Source: Sulfurisoma sp. (GTDB lineage: Bacteria > Pseudomonadota > Gammaproteobacteria > Burkholderiales > Rhodocyclaceae). Taken from it: a stretch of 64,000 nucleotides of DNA. Below are positions 1 through 9,901 of this stretch, piece after piece (positions within the stretch are counted from its first letter, which is position 1; every line of letters begins with the position of its first letter). The DNA lies in NCBI GenBank assembly GCA_030691075.1, contig JAUYFI010000187.1, forward strand, positions 387 to 64,386. The letters are read 5' to 3'. The translations under genes were made by a program, and so were the position numbers. The notes below the pieces were generated by a model. That model worked only from the letters and a program-made list of their open reading frames with translations. It had not been told where the DNA came from and did no database searches.

Positions 1-2
1 AG

Positions 3-98
3 GGCGCCAGCAAGGCGGTGTCGCTGGCCAACTGCCGCGGCGCCGTCAAGCAGGTGCTCGACATCGCCAACTTCGGCAAGCTGTTCCAGATTGTCTGA
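3..98 (+). CDS. STAS-domain anti-anti-sigma factor, 3' end only (HsbA-like)
   Basis: Frame reads GASKAVSLANCRGAVKQVLDIANFGKLFQIV*, a typical STAS C-terminus; lies directly upstream of a REC-PP2C-HATPase gene; truncated by the window edge. Confidence 0.8.
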   Translation, partial: GASKAVSLANCRGAVKQVLDIANFGKLFQIV

Positions 99-117
99 CG
101 CTGCGCGCGGCGGCGGC

Positions 118-1815
118 ATGAAGATTCTCCTCATCGAGGACAACGCCGAGGACCAGTCCCTCGCGCGACGGGAACTGAGCGGCCTCGGCCATTCGGTGAT
201 CGTTGCCAGCAATGGCGCCGAGGGCCTCGAACTCTACCGCAGCGAGCATCCCGACGTCGTCATCACCGATGTCTACATGGCCGGGATGGATGGCTTTGCC
301 CTGACGCGGGCGGTGCAGGCACTGGCGGCGCCGCACTGGCAGCCGGTGCTGTTCCTCTCCGGCCACCGCGACGACGAATTGCAGGTGCGCGCGCTGCAGG
401 TCGGCGCCGACGCCTACGTGGTCAAGCCGGTGTCGGCGGAGGTGCTGGGGGCCAAGCTCGACGTGCTCGCGCGCCTGCTGCGCATGCAGCAGCAGGCCGA
501 GACCCGCGCCCACGACATCGAGCGTTACTACCGCGCCGAGGAAGAAGACAAGCGCGTCGCGCGTCACCTGATGCAGCGCTTCGTTCGTGCCGCCGAACTC
601 GACGACCCCGCCGTGCGCCACTGGATCAGCTCGGCCGCCGCCTTCAGCGGCGACATTGTCGCGGCGCAGCGTACCCCCGACGGCGCCCTCCACGTCCTGC
701 TGGCCGATGGCACCGGCCACGGGCTGGCCGCCTCGATCAACGTGCTGCCGGTGCTGGCGCCCTTCTACCGCATGACCGAAAAGGGCTACGGCATCGAGTC
801 CATCGTCCGCGAGCTCAATGCCAAGATCAAGGATTTCCTTCCCGGTGACCGCTTCGTCGCGGCGACGCTGGCGGCCATCGACCTGCGCGAGCGGGTGATC
901 GAGGTCTGGAACGGCGGCAATCCCGAGCCGGTGCTGATCGGCGCCCACGGCAGCCGCGCCTTCGCCCAGCGGCACGTGCCGCTGGGGGTGCTGCCCGACG
1001 AGGAATTCGACGACACGCTGGACATGCACGGCTTCGCCGATGGCAGCCAGCTCTACCTCTACTCGGACGGCCTGGTCGAGGCCGAGAATGCCCGGGGCGA
1101 GGCGTTCGGCAACGAGCGCCTGGCGAGCACGCTGGTCAACGCCGCCGCCGCGGACCGCTTCGAGGTGCTCAAGGCCGCGGTGGCCGATCATCTCGGCGCC
1201 GGCGCCGCGCACGACGACATTTCGGTGCTGATGGTGGAATGCCAATCCCCGACCGAGCCCGTCCAGCCGCCGGCGGGCCGTGCCGCGCCGCTGGCCGCCG
1301 CGCGCGGCGGGGGCTGGCGCGGCAGTTTGCGCCTGTCGGCGGCGGAGATCCGCTACGTCGATGCCGTGCCCATCCTGCTGGGCCTGGCCGGCCAGTTCGA
1401 GTCTGCTCGCCACGGCACCGACCGGTTGTTCGTCGTGCTGTCCGAGCTCTACAACAACGCGCTCGATCATGGCCTGCTGCGGCTCGACTCCAGCCTCAAG
1501 CTGCATCCGGATGGCATGGAGGCTTACCTGAGCGAACGCCAGTCGCGCCTGACCGTCCTCGCCCGGGGCGAGATCGAACTTGAGCTCGAACAGCTGATCG
1601 GCCCCGGGGCGGGTTGGCTGCGCGTGAGCTGTCGCGACAGCGGCTCCGGCTTCGACCATGCGGGGCTCCACGCCGCCGCCGGCGCCACCGGCGAACTGCC
1701 CTTCGGTCGCGGCCTCATGCTTCTGCGCGCCATGTGCGCCGAGCTCGATTTCAATGCCGCCGGCAATCATGTCACGGCCACCCTCCAGCTCGACCACGGT
1801 GGCGGCGGCGAATAA
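118..1815 (+). CDS. Response regulator with REC, PP2C/SpoIIE phosphatase and HATPase (anti-sigma kinase) domains, HsbR-like
   Basis: MKILLIED...DVYM receiver; SGD, ADGTGHG, YSDGL and DDIS PP2C motifs; [16 protein letters not shown] and GRGL kinase motifs. Confidence 0.9.
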   Translation: MKILLIEDNAEDQSLARRELSGLGHSVIVASNGAEGLELYRSEHPDVVITDVYMAGMDGFALTRAVQALAAPHWQPVLFLSGHRDDELQVRALQVGADAYVVKPVSAEVLGAKLDVLARLLRMQQQAETRAHDIERYYRAEEEDKRVARHLMQRFVRAAELDDPAVRHWISSAAAFSGDIVAAQRTPDGALHVLLADGTGHGLAASINVLPVLAPFYRMTEKGYGIESIVRELNAKIKDFLPGDRFVAATLAAIDLRERVIEVWNGGNPEPVLIGAHGSRAFAQRHVPLGVLPDEEFDDTLDMHGFADGSQLYLYSDGLVEAENARGEAFGNERLASTLVNAAAADRFEVLKAAVADHLGAGAAHDDISVLMVECQSPTEPVQPPAGRAAPLAAARGGGWRGSLRLSAAEIRYVDAVPILLGLAGQFESARHGTDRLFVVLSELYNNALDHGLLRLDSSLKLHPDGMEAYLSERQSRLTVLARGEIELELEQLIGPGAGWLRVSCRDSGSGFDHAGLHAAAGATGELPFGRGLMLLRAMCAELDFNAAGNHVTATLQLDHGGGGE

Positions 1816-1869
1816 CCCCGCGGCTATATCCTTCGGGATACTGGCACTTGTCATCGGGCGCCAATTTCC

Positions 1870-1898
1870 CTAAAGTGGTGCCAGGACGCCGCCGAAAA
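1870..1898 (+). promoter_or_regulatory. Putative sigma28 promoter for the MCP gene
   Basis: CTAAAG-N15-GCCGAAAA, about 35 nt before ATG 1932; spacer is one nt longer than the other sigma28 sites here. Confidence 0.55.
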
Positions 1899-1931
1899 AA
1901 CCACCGAATAACCCACGGGAATGCAAATGCC

Positions 1932-3152
1932 ATGACGCTACATAAACGGTTGACCCTGGTGCTGGTCATTCTGGTGGCGGCGATCGTCGTCGCCAATGGC
2001 TTCAGTCTCGCGCAGTTCAACATGCTGGCCGACGCGGCCGCCAAGGCCGACCCGAAACTGGCGGCGGTGGCGGACGGTGCCAGGGGATGGCTGATTGTCG
2101 TGATGGCGCTGGGCGCCCTGGTCGGGTTGGGCGCCTTCGTCGGGCTGATGCGCATGCTGCCCGCCGTGCTCGGCGGCGAGCCGCAATACGCCGCCGATGT
2201 GGTCAAGCGCATTGCCGCGGGCGATCTCTCCAGCCGCGTCGACACGCAGCCCGGCGACAGCGGCAGCGTGCTCGGCGGCATCGCCGCCATGCAGGGCAGC
2301 TTGCGCGAGATGGTCGGCCAACTGCACGAGGCCTCGGCCCGCCTCGGCCAGGCCGCCGGCGATGTCGTCGGCATGACGGAGCGGATCCGCTCCGGCACCG
2401 CCGACCAGAGCGAAGCGGCGTCGAGCACTTCCGCCGCCGTCGAACAGGTCACCGTCAGCATCAACAGCGTCGCCGACAGCGCCGCCGAGGTGGATCGCAA
2501 CTCCGGCTCCAGCATCGAGCGCATCGAGGCCGGCAACCAGGCGCTGTCGAAGCTGATCGGCGAGATCGTGCGGGTCGAGGACTCGGTCAACGACATCGCC
2601 AGCACCGCCAAGAGCTTCATGGAGAGCGTGCAGACCATCACCAACATGACGCGCGAGGTGCGCGACATCGCCGACCAGACCAACCTGCTGGCGCTCAACG
2701 CCGCCATCGAGGCGGCGCGGGCCGGCGAGCAGGGCCGCGGCTTCGCCGTCGTCGCCGACGAAGTGCGCAAGCTGGCCGAGAAGTCGGCCACCACCGCCGG
2801 CGAGATCGACCAGGTGACACGCATGATCGGGCAGAAGTCGGATACCGTCGAGGCCGCGCTGCAGCGCGGCCTGTCGTCGCTGGCGACGAGCCAGGAGCAC
2901 CTCGAGGAGGTGGCGATGGTGCTGGGCGAGGCCAATGCCGCCGTGTCGCGGACCACCGGCGGCATGAGCCGGATCACCGCCTCGGTACGCGAGCAGACCG
3001 TCGCCTCGAACGCGATCGCCCGCAACGTCGAGCGCATCGCGCGCATGGCCGAGGACAATGCCACGGCGGTGGCGCAGGCCGCCGACGGCGCGAGCGAGCT
3101 GCAGGCGCTGGCCGCCGCGCTCGACGCGGTGGCCGGGCGCTTCCGCATCTGA
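1932..3152 (+). CDS. Methyl-accepting chemotaxis protein with a very short periplasmic region
   Basis: Two TM helices, HAMP-like region, [37 protein letters not shown] signalling hairpin. Confidence 0.95.
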   Translation: MTLHKRLTLVLVILVAAIVVANGFSLAQFNMLADAAAKADPKLAAVADGARGWLIVVMALGALVGLGAFVGLMRMLPAVLGGEPQYAADVVKRIAAGDLSSRVDTQPGDSGSVLGGIAAMQGSLREMVGQLHEASARLGQAAGDVVGMTERIRSGTADQSEAASSTSAAVEQVTVSINSVADSAAEVDRNSGSSIERIEAGNQALSKLIGEIVRVEDSVNDIASTAKSFMESVQTITNMTREVRDIADQTNLLALNAAIEAARAGEQGRGFAVVADEVRKLAEKSATTAGEIDQVTRMIGQKSDTVEAALQRGLSSLATSQEHLEEVAMVLGEANAAVSRTTGGMSRITASVREQTVASNAIARNVERIARMAEDNATAVAQAADGASELQALAAALDAVAGRFRI

Positions 3153-3252
3153 GGCTCGCTGCCATGCTACAAATTATGAAGAATGACGTAAGATACCGGC
3201 TGATGCGGAACTGCCGGCAACTGCTTCGGCTCGCGGGAAGGATCGAATAGGC

Positions 3253-4221
3253 ATGTCCGAACTGTTCAAGAATATCGACGCGCGCACCCGTCTTGCCGGT
3301 ACCAACAAGCTGGAGATTCTGCTGTTCGCGCTCGGCGTCGATGATCGCACGGGCCGGCGCGAGACTTTCGGCATCAACGTCTTCAAGGTGCGCGAGGTGA
3401 TGCGCACGCCGCCGGTCACCGCCGCGCCGGGGATGCCGTCCGCCGTCAAGGGGATGGTCAGCCTGCGCGGCGTTCTGGTGCCGGTGGTCGACCTCGCCGA
3501 GTACCTCGGCATGAGCACGGACACGCCGCGCGACATCATGATCGTCACCGAATATAACGGCCATACCCAGGGTTTCCTGGTCGAGGGCGTCGATACCATC
3601 CTGCGCCTCGACTGGGCGCAGATGCGCGTGCCGCCCGAAATGCTCAACGCCAACCTCGGTGGCTTGGTGACCGCCGTGACCGAACTGCAGGATGGCCGCC
3701 TGGTGATGATGCTCGACGTCGAGAAAGTGCTGGCGGAGACGGCCGGGGACGATCATGAGTTCGCTTTCCAGAGCATCAAGCCGCTCAACCGCCAGGATCT
3801 CACCGTGGTCTTCGCCGACGATTCCTCGGTGGCGCGCGGCCAGATCGAGCGCACCCTGAAGGCGATGGACGTCAAGTACATCGGCGCGGTCAACGGCCGC
3901 GCCGCCTGGGACGAGTTGCAGAAGATCGCCGCCTACGCCCAGTCCTCGGGCCGCCAGGTCAAGGACATCGTGCAGCTGATCCTGACCGACGTCGAGATGC
4001 CCGAGATGGACGGCTACATCCTGACCAAGACCGTCAAGTCGGATCCGCGCTTCGCCGGCATCCCGGTGATCATGCATTCGTCGTTGTCGTCGGGGTCGAA
4101 CCAGCAGCTCGGCCTGTCGGTCGGCGTCGACGAATATGTGCCGAAGTTCGAGGCCCCGCGCCTGGCCGAGACGCTGACGCGCCTGCTGCTGCTGAACGCG
4201 CCCGCTCCCGCCGGAACCTGA
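3253..4221 (+). CDS. cheV: Chemotaxis protein CheV (CheW-REC)
   Basis: FGINVFKVREV CheW domain; ADDSS...TDVEMPEMDG receiver. Confidence 0.93.
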   Translation: MSELFKNIDARTRLAGTNKLEILLFALGVDDRTGRRETFGINVFKVREVMRTPPVTAAPGMPSAVKGMVSLRGVLVPVVDLAEYLGMSTDTPRDIMIVTEYNGHTQGFLVEGVDTILRLDWAQMRVPPEMLNANLGGLVTAVTELQDGRLVMMLDVEKVLAETAGDDHEFAFQSIKPLNRQDLTVVFADDSSVARGQIERTLKAMDVKYIGAVNGRAAWDELQKIAAYAQSSGRQVKDIVQLILTDVEMPEMDGYILTKTVKSDPRFAGIPVIMHSSLSSGSNQQLGLSVGVDEYVPKFEAPRLAETLTRLLLLNAPAPAGT

Positions 4222-4235
4222 CGCGAGGAACACAT

Positions 4236-4319
4236 ATGACCCCAACGCTCACCTCGTTCGCTGCCCCCACAGGGGGCGCAGCCTCCCTTGGGGCGGCCCC
4301 GCGGGAGGCATGCCAATGA
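4236..4319 (+). repeat. Junction element A, copy 1 (27-aa mini-ORF MTPTLTSFAAPTGGAASLGAAPREACQ; stop overlaps the cheV2 ATG)
   Basis: GAGGAA RBS, ATG 4236, TGA 4317-4319 overlapping ATG 4316; stem GCCTCCC/GGGAGGC around the 15-nt TTGGGGCGGCCCCGC. Confidence 0.8.
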
Positions 4320-5281
4320 CCTCGACATCGCCGACCCCCTCCGTCCAGGCATCTCTGCTCGACAGCGTCGACGCGCGCACCAAGCTCGCGGGCTCCAATC
4401 GCATGGAGATCCTGCTGTTCTCGCTGGGCACCCACGAGCTGTTCGGTATCAATGTCTTCAAGGTGCGCGAGGTCAGCAAGACGCCAGTGATCACCAAGAC
4501 CCCCAACATGCCCACCGGCGTCGAGGGTCTGATCAGCCTGCGCGGCAATGTCATTCCGGTGCTGTCGCTGGCGAGCGCCATGCACCTCGCCGATGCTCCC
4601 GGCGGCCTCGGCGGCTCGATGATGGTGACCGAATACAGCAAGCGCACGCTGGGTTTTCTCGTTCATAGCGTCGACCGCATCATCCGCGTCGAGTGGGACA
4701 AGGTGCGCGCGCCGGAGCAGGTCACCAGCGGCACCCACGCCTACATTACCGCCATCACCGAGCTGCCGGACGGCAAGCTGGTGTCCATCGTCGATGTCGA
4801 GCAGATTCTGTCCGACACCTTCGGCGAGGCCATCGTCGGCCAGATCGACCGCATCCACGAGGCGGGCGACATCAATCTCTTCTACGTCGACGATTCCTCG
4901 GTGGCGCGCAAGAAGATCGCCGAGGTGCTGGACCGGCTCGGCGTCAGCCACAAGCATGCCAGCAACGGCATGGAGGCATGGACGCGCCTGTCCGGCATGG
5001 CGGCCCATGCGCAGCAGGCCGGCCGCTCGGTGCGCGACGAACTCAACCTGATCCTGGTCGACGCCGAGATGCCGGAAATGGATGGCTACGTGCTGACCAA
5101 GAACATCAAGTCCGACGCGCGCTTCGAGGGCATCCCCGTCGTCATGCACTCCTCGCTGTCGTCGGAGGCCAACCGCGCCATGGGCAAGTCCGTCGGCGTC
5201 GACGCCTATGTCGCCAAGTTCGATGCCGAGGCGCTGGCCGAAACGCTGCGCCCGCTGCTGCTCAAGTCACAAAGAGATTGA
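4316..5281 (+). CDS. cheV: Second chemotaxis protein CheV
   Basis: FGINVFKVREV; VDDSS...DAEMPEMDG; paralogue of the upstream cheV; alternative start at 4310. Confidence 0.93.
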   Translation: MTSTSPTPSVQASLLDSVDARTKLAGSNRMEILLFSLGTHELFGINVFKVREVSKTPVITKTPNMPTGVEGLISLRGNVIPVLSLASAMHLADAPGGLGGSMMVTEYSKRTLGFLVHSVDRIIRVEWDKVRAPEQVTSGTHAYITAITELPDGKLVSIVDVEQILSDTFGEAIVGQIDRIHEAGDINLFYVDDSSVARKKIAEVLDRLGVSHKHASNGMEAWTRLSGMAAHAQQAGRSVRDELNLILVDAEMPEMDGYVLTKNIKSDARFEGIPVVMHSSLSSEANRAMGKSVGVDAYVAKFDAEALAETLRPLLLKSQRD

Positions 5282-5301
5282 CCCCGGAAAGGTAAAGATC
5301 A

Positions 5302-5697
5302 ATGGCCGTGGATCCGACCAAGCTTAAGATTCTCGTCGTCGATGACTTCTCGACGATGCGCCGCATCGTCCGCAACCTGCTGAAGGAGCTCGGCCTCACC
5401 AACGTCGACGAGGCCGAGGATGGCGCCGTCGCCTGGCAGAAGTTGCAAGGGGGTGGTTTCGACTTCGTGGTGTCCGACTGGAACATGCCCAACATGGACG
5501 GTCTGACGCTGCTGCAGACCATCCGCGCCGACGCCAACCTCAGGACACTTCCGGTGCTGATGATCACGGCCGAGGCGAAGAAGGAAAACATCATCGCCGC
5601 CGCCCAGGCCGGCGCCTCCGGCTACATCGTCAAGCCCTTCACCGCGGCGACGTTGAACGAGAAGCTGGTCAAGATCTTCGAGAAGATGAACGCCTGA
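5302..5697 (+). CDS. cheY: Chemotaxis response regulator CheY
   Basis: [34 protein letters not shown]. Confidence 0.97.
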   Translation: MAVDPTKLKILVVDDFSTMRRIVRNLLKELGLTNVDEAEDGAVAWQKLQGGGFDFVVSDWNMPNMDGLTLLQTIRADANLRTLPVLMITAEAKKENIIAAAQAGASGYIVKPFTAATLNEKLVKIFEKMNA

Positions 5698-5715
5698 GGG
5701 CGCGGCGGAGACACC

Positions 5716-6537
5716 ATGGCAAAACCGCTCACTCTCGACGAAGCCGGCGATTCCGAGGATCTGCAGGCACTGTTCGATACCTTTTCCGCCGGCAGCCCGG
5801 TGCCGGCGCCGGCGCCGGCGCGCGATGCCGCGGGCGACAACGACGATCTGCAGGCGCTGTTCGACAGCGTGGCCGAGCAGGCACATGGCGCCGGCGGCGC
5901 CGCGCCGGCGCCGGCTTCTGGCGGCGTGGAGAGCGAGGACGAGGTCGTCTTCAACCGCCTCGGTCACCTCGCCCGCCAGTTGCACGACAGCCTGCGCGAG
6001 CTCGGCTACGACAAGGCGCTGGAGCAAACCGCCAGCCAGATCCCGGATGCGCGGCAGCGCCTGAACTACATCGTGGAGATGACCGAGCAGGCGGCCAGCC
6101 GCGTGCTCAATGCCACCGATATCGCCAAGCCGCTGCAGGACGAGTTGCTCGGCCGCTCGGAGGCCATGGCGCAGCGCTGGGACAGGATGTTCGCCAACCA
6201 GCTGTCGGTGGATGAATTCAAGGCGCTGGCGGCCGATACCCGCGTCTTTTTCAAGGATGCGCCGGGCAAGCTCAGGACCGTCAATGCGCAGACAATCGAG
6301 ATCACCATGGCGCAGGATTTTCAGGATCTCACCGGCCAGGTCATCAAGAAGGTGATCGATCTGGTGCAGAGACTGGAGTCGCAGTTGCTGCAGACGCTGA
6401 TCGAGGCCATGCCCGCCGAGAAGAAGGCGGAGGCCGATGGCCTGCTCAATGGCCCGGTAATCAATGCCACGGGCCGCAGCGACGTGGTGAACAGCCAGGC
6501 GCAGGTGGACGAACTGCTGGAGAGCCTGGGCTTCTGA
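5716..6537 (+). CDS. cheZ: CheY phosphatase CheZ
   Basis: AQDFQDLTGQVI catalytic motif; C-terminal QAQVDELLESLGF. Confidence 0.95.
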   Translation: MAKPLTLDEAGDSEDLQALFDTFSAGSPVPAPAPARDAAGDNDDLQALFDSVAEQAHGAGGAAPAPASGGVESEDEVVFNRLGHLARQLHDSLRELGYDKALEQTASQIPDARQRLNYIVEMTEQAASRVLNATDIAKPLQDELLGRSEAMAQRWDRMFANQLSVDEFKALAADTRVFFKDAPGKLRTVNAQTIEITMAQDFQDLTGQVIKKVIDLVQRLESQLLQTLIEAMPAEKKAEADGLLNGPVINATGRSDVVNSQAQVDELLESLGF

Positions 6538-6564
6538 CGAAGCGGCAGGCAGGGAGAAAAGGCA

Positions 6565-8499
6565 ATGAGCGACTTTCAGGGCATGGAAGATCTCCTCCAG
6601 GATTTTCTGGTGGAGGCGGGCGATCTTCTTTCGGGCGTCGACAACAAGCTGGTCGACCTCGAGCAGAACCCGCATGACCTCGGCCTGCTGAACGAGATTT
6701 TTCGCGGCTTTCACACCATCAAGGGCGGCGCCGGCTTCCTCAACGCGGCCGAACTCGTCACGCTCTGCCACCTGACGGAAAATCTGTTCGACAAGCTGCG
6801 CACCGGCGAGATGGAGATCAGCGGCCGGCTCATGGATGTGATCCTCGATGCCACTGGCGCCGTGCGCGGCATGTTCGACAACCTCGAGGGCGGTGTGCAG
6901 CCGATGCCGGCCGACGCGGCGCTGATCGCCCAGCTCAAGGCCGCACTGGCCGGCCAGCTCGCCGCGGCGCCGGCCGCGGTGGCCGCGGTGGCCGCGGTGG
7001 CGCCGCCAGTGCCGGCCACGGAGCCCGTCGCGGCGCCGATTTCTGCCGTGCCGGCCGTCGGCGGTCCCGACTGGGACAATCTTTTCAATGCGGTCACCGG
7101 TGCCGTCCCCGCGCCGGCCGAGTCGCCGGCACCCGCGCCCCTTGCGTCGGGCGTGCATCACGACGTCAAGGGGGGGGCGCCGGAGGAGGAGATCATCAAG
7201 GCGGCGGTGGGTCGGCGTACCTCCGACAAGCCTGGCTACCAGGGCCCGACCGGCGGCCGCCGCGACGTCGAGAAGACGCGCGACAACTCGATCCGCGTCG
7301 ATACCTCGCGGCTCGACCAGGTGCTCAACCTGTCCGGCGAGATCGGTCTGACCAAGAACCGCCTCAATTCGCTGCGCAGCGACATTCTCAACGGCCGTTC
7401 CGATACCGAGACGCTGCATGCGCTCGACCAGGCCGTGAGCCAGCTCGACCTGCTGGTCTCCGACCTGCAGAACGCCGTGATGAAGACGCGGATGCAGCCG
7501 ATCGGCCGCCTGTTCCAGAAATATCCGCGCATCGCCCGCGATCTTGCCCGCAGCCTGGGCAAGGACGTCGAGCTGCTGCTCGTCGGCGAGGATACCGAGA
7601 TCGACAAGACCATGATCGAGGATCTGTCCGATCCGATCGTGCACCTGATCCGCAACGCCGTGGATCACGGTGTCGAGCCGACCGGGGAGCGCCGGGCCGC
7701 CGGCAAGTCCGAGAAGTCGCAGGTTCGCCTCGAGGCGCGGCAGGAGGGCGACCACATCGTCCTCATCGTCGCCGACGACGGCAAGGGCATGAACCCCGAG
7801 AAGCTGCGCGCCAAGGCGGTGGAGAAGGGACTTATCTCCGATGAAGAAGCCAACACCATGGACGAGCGCCAGAGCTTCAATCTGGTGTTCCTGCCGGGTT
7901 TCTCGACCATGGATGTCGCCTCCGACGTTTCCGGCCGCGGCGTCGGCATGGACGTGGTCAAGACCAACATCCAGAAGCTCAATGGTTCGATCGAAATCAA
8001 GTCCGTGGCCGGCAAGGGCACCACGTTCACCATTTCGCTGCCGCTGACGCTCGCCATCCTGCCGGTGCTGCTGGTGCAGCTTGGCCAGCAGCCCTTCGCC
8101 GTGCCGCTGTCGATGGTGCGCGAGATCCTGCCGATCCAGATCGAACATGTCCAGGAAGTCGGCGGCAACGCCACCATGGTGGTGCGCGGCGAAATCATGC
8201 CGATTTATCCGCTGTGCAACCTCATCGGCTGGGCCTCCGAGCAGGTGGCCGAGTACGGCGTGCTGATGCAGACCGCCGAGCAGACATTCATTCTCGCCAT
8301 CGACGGCTTCATGGGCCGCGAGGACGCCGTCATCAAGTCGCTCGAGGACTTCCGTCCCAAGGGCGTGGCCGGCGTCACCACGCTGTCCAACGGCCAGATC
8401 GTGCTGATCCTCGACATGAAGGAAATTCTCGGCGCCATGGGCGAGGCACGCGGCGTGCCGCGCTCGGCGTTTATCCGCGATCTCGAGGCGGCGGCGTAG
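6565..8499 (+). CDS. cheA: Chemotaxis histidine kinase CheA
   Basis: HPt FRGFHTIKG; HLIRNAVDHG; SGRGVGMDVV; C-terminal CheW-like domain. Confidence 0.97.
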   Translation: MSDFQGMEDLLQDFLVEAGDLLSGVDNKLVDLEQNPHDLGLLNEIFRGFHTIKGGAGFLNAAELVTLCHLTENLFDKLRTGEMEISGRLMDVILDATGAVRGMFDNLEGGVQPMPADAALIAQLKAALAGQLAAAPAAVAAVAAVAPPVPATEPVAAPISAVPAVGGPDWDNLFNAVTGAVPAPAESPAPAPLASGVHHDVKGGAPEEEIIKAAVGRRTSDKPGYQGPTGGRRDVEKTRDNSIRVDTSRLDQVLNLSGEIGLTKNRLNSLRSDILNGRSDTETLHALDQAVSQLDLLVSDLQNAVMKTRMQPIGRLFQKYPRIARDLARSLGKDVELLLVGEDTEIDKTMIEDLSDPIVHLIRNAVDHGVEPTGERRAAGKSEKSQVRLEARQEGDHIVLIVADDGKGMNPEKLRAKAVEKGLISDEEANTMDERQSFNLVFLPGFSTMDVASDVSGRGVGMDVVKTNIQKLNGSIEIKSVAGKGTTFTISLPLTLAILPVLLVQLGQQPFAVPLSMVREILPIQIEHVQEVGGNATMVVRGEIMPIYPLCNLIGWASEQVAEYGVLMQTAEQTFILAIDGFMGREDAVIKSLEDFRPKGVAGVTTLSNGQIVLILDMKEILGAMGEARGVPRSAFIRDLEAAA

Positions 8500-8503
8500 T
8501 AGA

Positions 8504-8568
8504 GCCCGCCACCCCCGGCCCCTCCTCGCGGAGGGGGAGCTTGCTCGCCGCGCTCGATTGTCACGGGG
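8504..8568 (+). repeat. About 65-nt post-stop hairpin repeat (family C), copy 1
   Basis: Aligns by eye with the reverse complement of 32941-33009; both copies start a few nt after a stop codon (cheA, fliN). Confidence 0.7.
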
Positions 8569-8623
8569 CTATCGTGGCGACCTCGGCACGGATTGCGGCT
8601 CCGCCGCTTGCCGTCCCACCCCC

Positions 8624-8647
8624 GGCGTCCCGCCAGCGCCGACTTTT
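8624..8647 (+). repeat. 24-nt dispersed repeat B (consensus GCCGTCCCGCCAGCGCCGACTTTT)
   Basis: GGCGTCCCGCCAGCGCCGACTTTT; seven other copies in the window. Confidence 0.85.
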
Positions 8648-8711
8648 CGGCGCGAGCGGCCGTGCCCGAATTAGCCAAGTAATCCAGCCTTAATCACGGG
8701 TTCCCGCTTGA

Positions 8712-8738
8712 CCATGGCGGCAATAATTGCCGCCATGG
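8712..8738. promoter_or_regulatory. Perfect palindrome with 13-bp arms containing CGGCAA-N3-TTGCCG, upstream of flhB
   Basis: CCATGGCGGCAAT-A-ATTGCCGCCATGG, abutting the GGAGGAG RBS. Confidence 0.7.
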
Positions 8739-8750
8739 AGGAGACCGTTT

Positions 8751-9896
8751 TTGGCTGAAGACAGCGATCTCGAACGAACCGAACCCGCATCGAGCCGGCG
8801 CATCGAACAGGCGCGGGCCGAGGGACAGGTTCCGCAGTCGCGCGAGCTCGCTGCCTTCCTTGTCATGGCGACGGGGGTGGGCGCAATATGGGCGTTCGGC
8901 GGCTGGCTCGCGCACCGTGCCGGCGACATCGTCAGCCACGGCCTCGTTTTCGACCGCAAGGCCGCCTTCGACCCCGAATTCATGGGCGCCTCCTTCGTCA
9001 ATCTATCGTGGGAGGCACTCATGCTGGTGGCGCCGATCTTCCTGGCGACCATCGTCGCGGCGCTGCTGACGCCCGTCGCCTTCGGCGGTTGGGCGTTCTC
9101 GAGCAAGGCGCTGACGCCCGATCCCATGCGCATGGATCCGCTGCGCGGGCTGCAGCGCATGTTTTCGTGGCAGAGCATCGCCGAACTGGTCAAGAGCGTG
9201 CTCAAGGCCTTCCTTCTCGGCGGCATCATCTGGTGGGTGGTGCGCCACGAACAGGATCAGTTGTTTGCGCTGATCGCCCAGCCGATCGACGTGGCGCTGG
9301 CGTCGACCGGACGCATCCTGATTTTCGCCGCGCTGGCCATGGTTGCCGGCCTGGCGCTGATCGCCATGATCGACGTGCCCTTCCAGCTCTGGCAGTACTA
9401 CTCGCGGCTGAAGATGACGCGCGAGGAGTTGAAGCAGGAATACAAGGAGATGGAGGGCGACCCGCAGTTGAAAGCCCGTATTCGCAGCACGCAGCGCGAG
9501 GCGGCCCGCCGGCGCATGATGTCCGAGGTGCCAAAGGCCGACGTGGTGGTGACCAATCCGACGCACTTCGCCGTTGCGCTCAAGTATGACGCCGGCAAGA
9601 TGGGCGCGCCAACGGTGGTGGCCAAGGGCATGAACCTGGTGGCGCAGAAGATCCGCGAACTTGCCGACGAGCACAAGGTGCCGGTGCTCGAGGCACCGCC
9701 GCTGGCGCGGGCGCTTTATCGCCACGCCGAGATCGGCGACCAGATTCCCGCCACGCTGTACACCGCCGTGGCCGAGGTGATGGCCTACGTCTATCAGCTT
9801 AACCAGTATGCGGCAAGCGCCATGGGGCTGATGCCGCGGCCGCCGGCCGCCATCGCCGTGCCGGCCGAGCTCGACCCCGGCAGCCCGGAACGGTAA
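8751..9896 (+). CDS. flhB: Flagellar export protein FlhB
   Basis: TTG start after GGAGGAG (MAEDSDLERTE); EGDP motif; NPTH autocleavage motif. Confidence 0.96.
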   Translation: MAEDSDLERTEPASSRRIEQARAEGQVPQSRELAAFLVMATGVGAIWAFGGWLAHRAGDIVSHGLVFDRKAAFDPEFMGASFVNLSWEALMLVAPIFLATIVAALLTPVAFGGWAFSSKALTPDPMRMDPLRGLQRMFSWQSIAELVKSVLKAFLLGGIIWWVVRHEQDQLFALIAQPIDVALASTGRILIFAALAMVAGLALIAMIDVPFQLWQYYSRLKMTREELKQEYKEMEGDPQLKARIRSTQREAARRRMMSEVPKADVVVTNPTHFAVALKYDAGKMGAPTVVAKGMNLVAQKIRELADEHKVPVLEAPPLARALYRHAEIGDQIPATLYTAVAEVMAYVYQLNQYAASAMGLMPRPPAAIAVPAELDPGSPER

Positions 9897-9901
9897 TCGC
9901 C

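Noticed and set aside
46-8148. Long antisense ORFs (e.g. 46-1854, 5299-8148, also 9794-11671, 50395-52503, 52683-54554)
   Set aside because: Shadow ORFs opposite well-supported genes, expected in high-GC DNA; no recognisable motifs
8624-8647. Repeat B as a Neisseria DUS or Pasteurellaceae USS uptake sequence
   Set aside because: Only short partial similarity (GCCGTC; AAAAGT); neither canonical motif is present
8581-8730. sigma54 promoter for flhB
   Set aside because: Candidate GG..GC pairs are spaced N8 or N11, not the required N10
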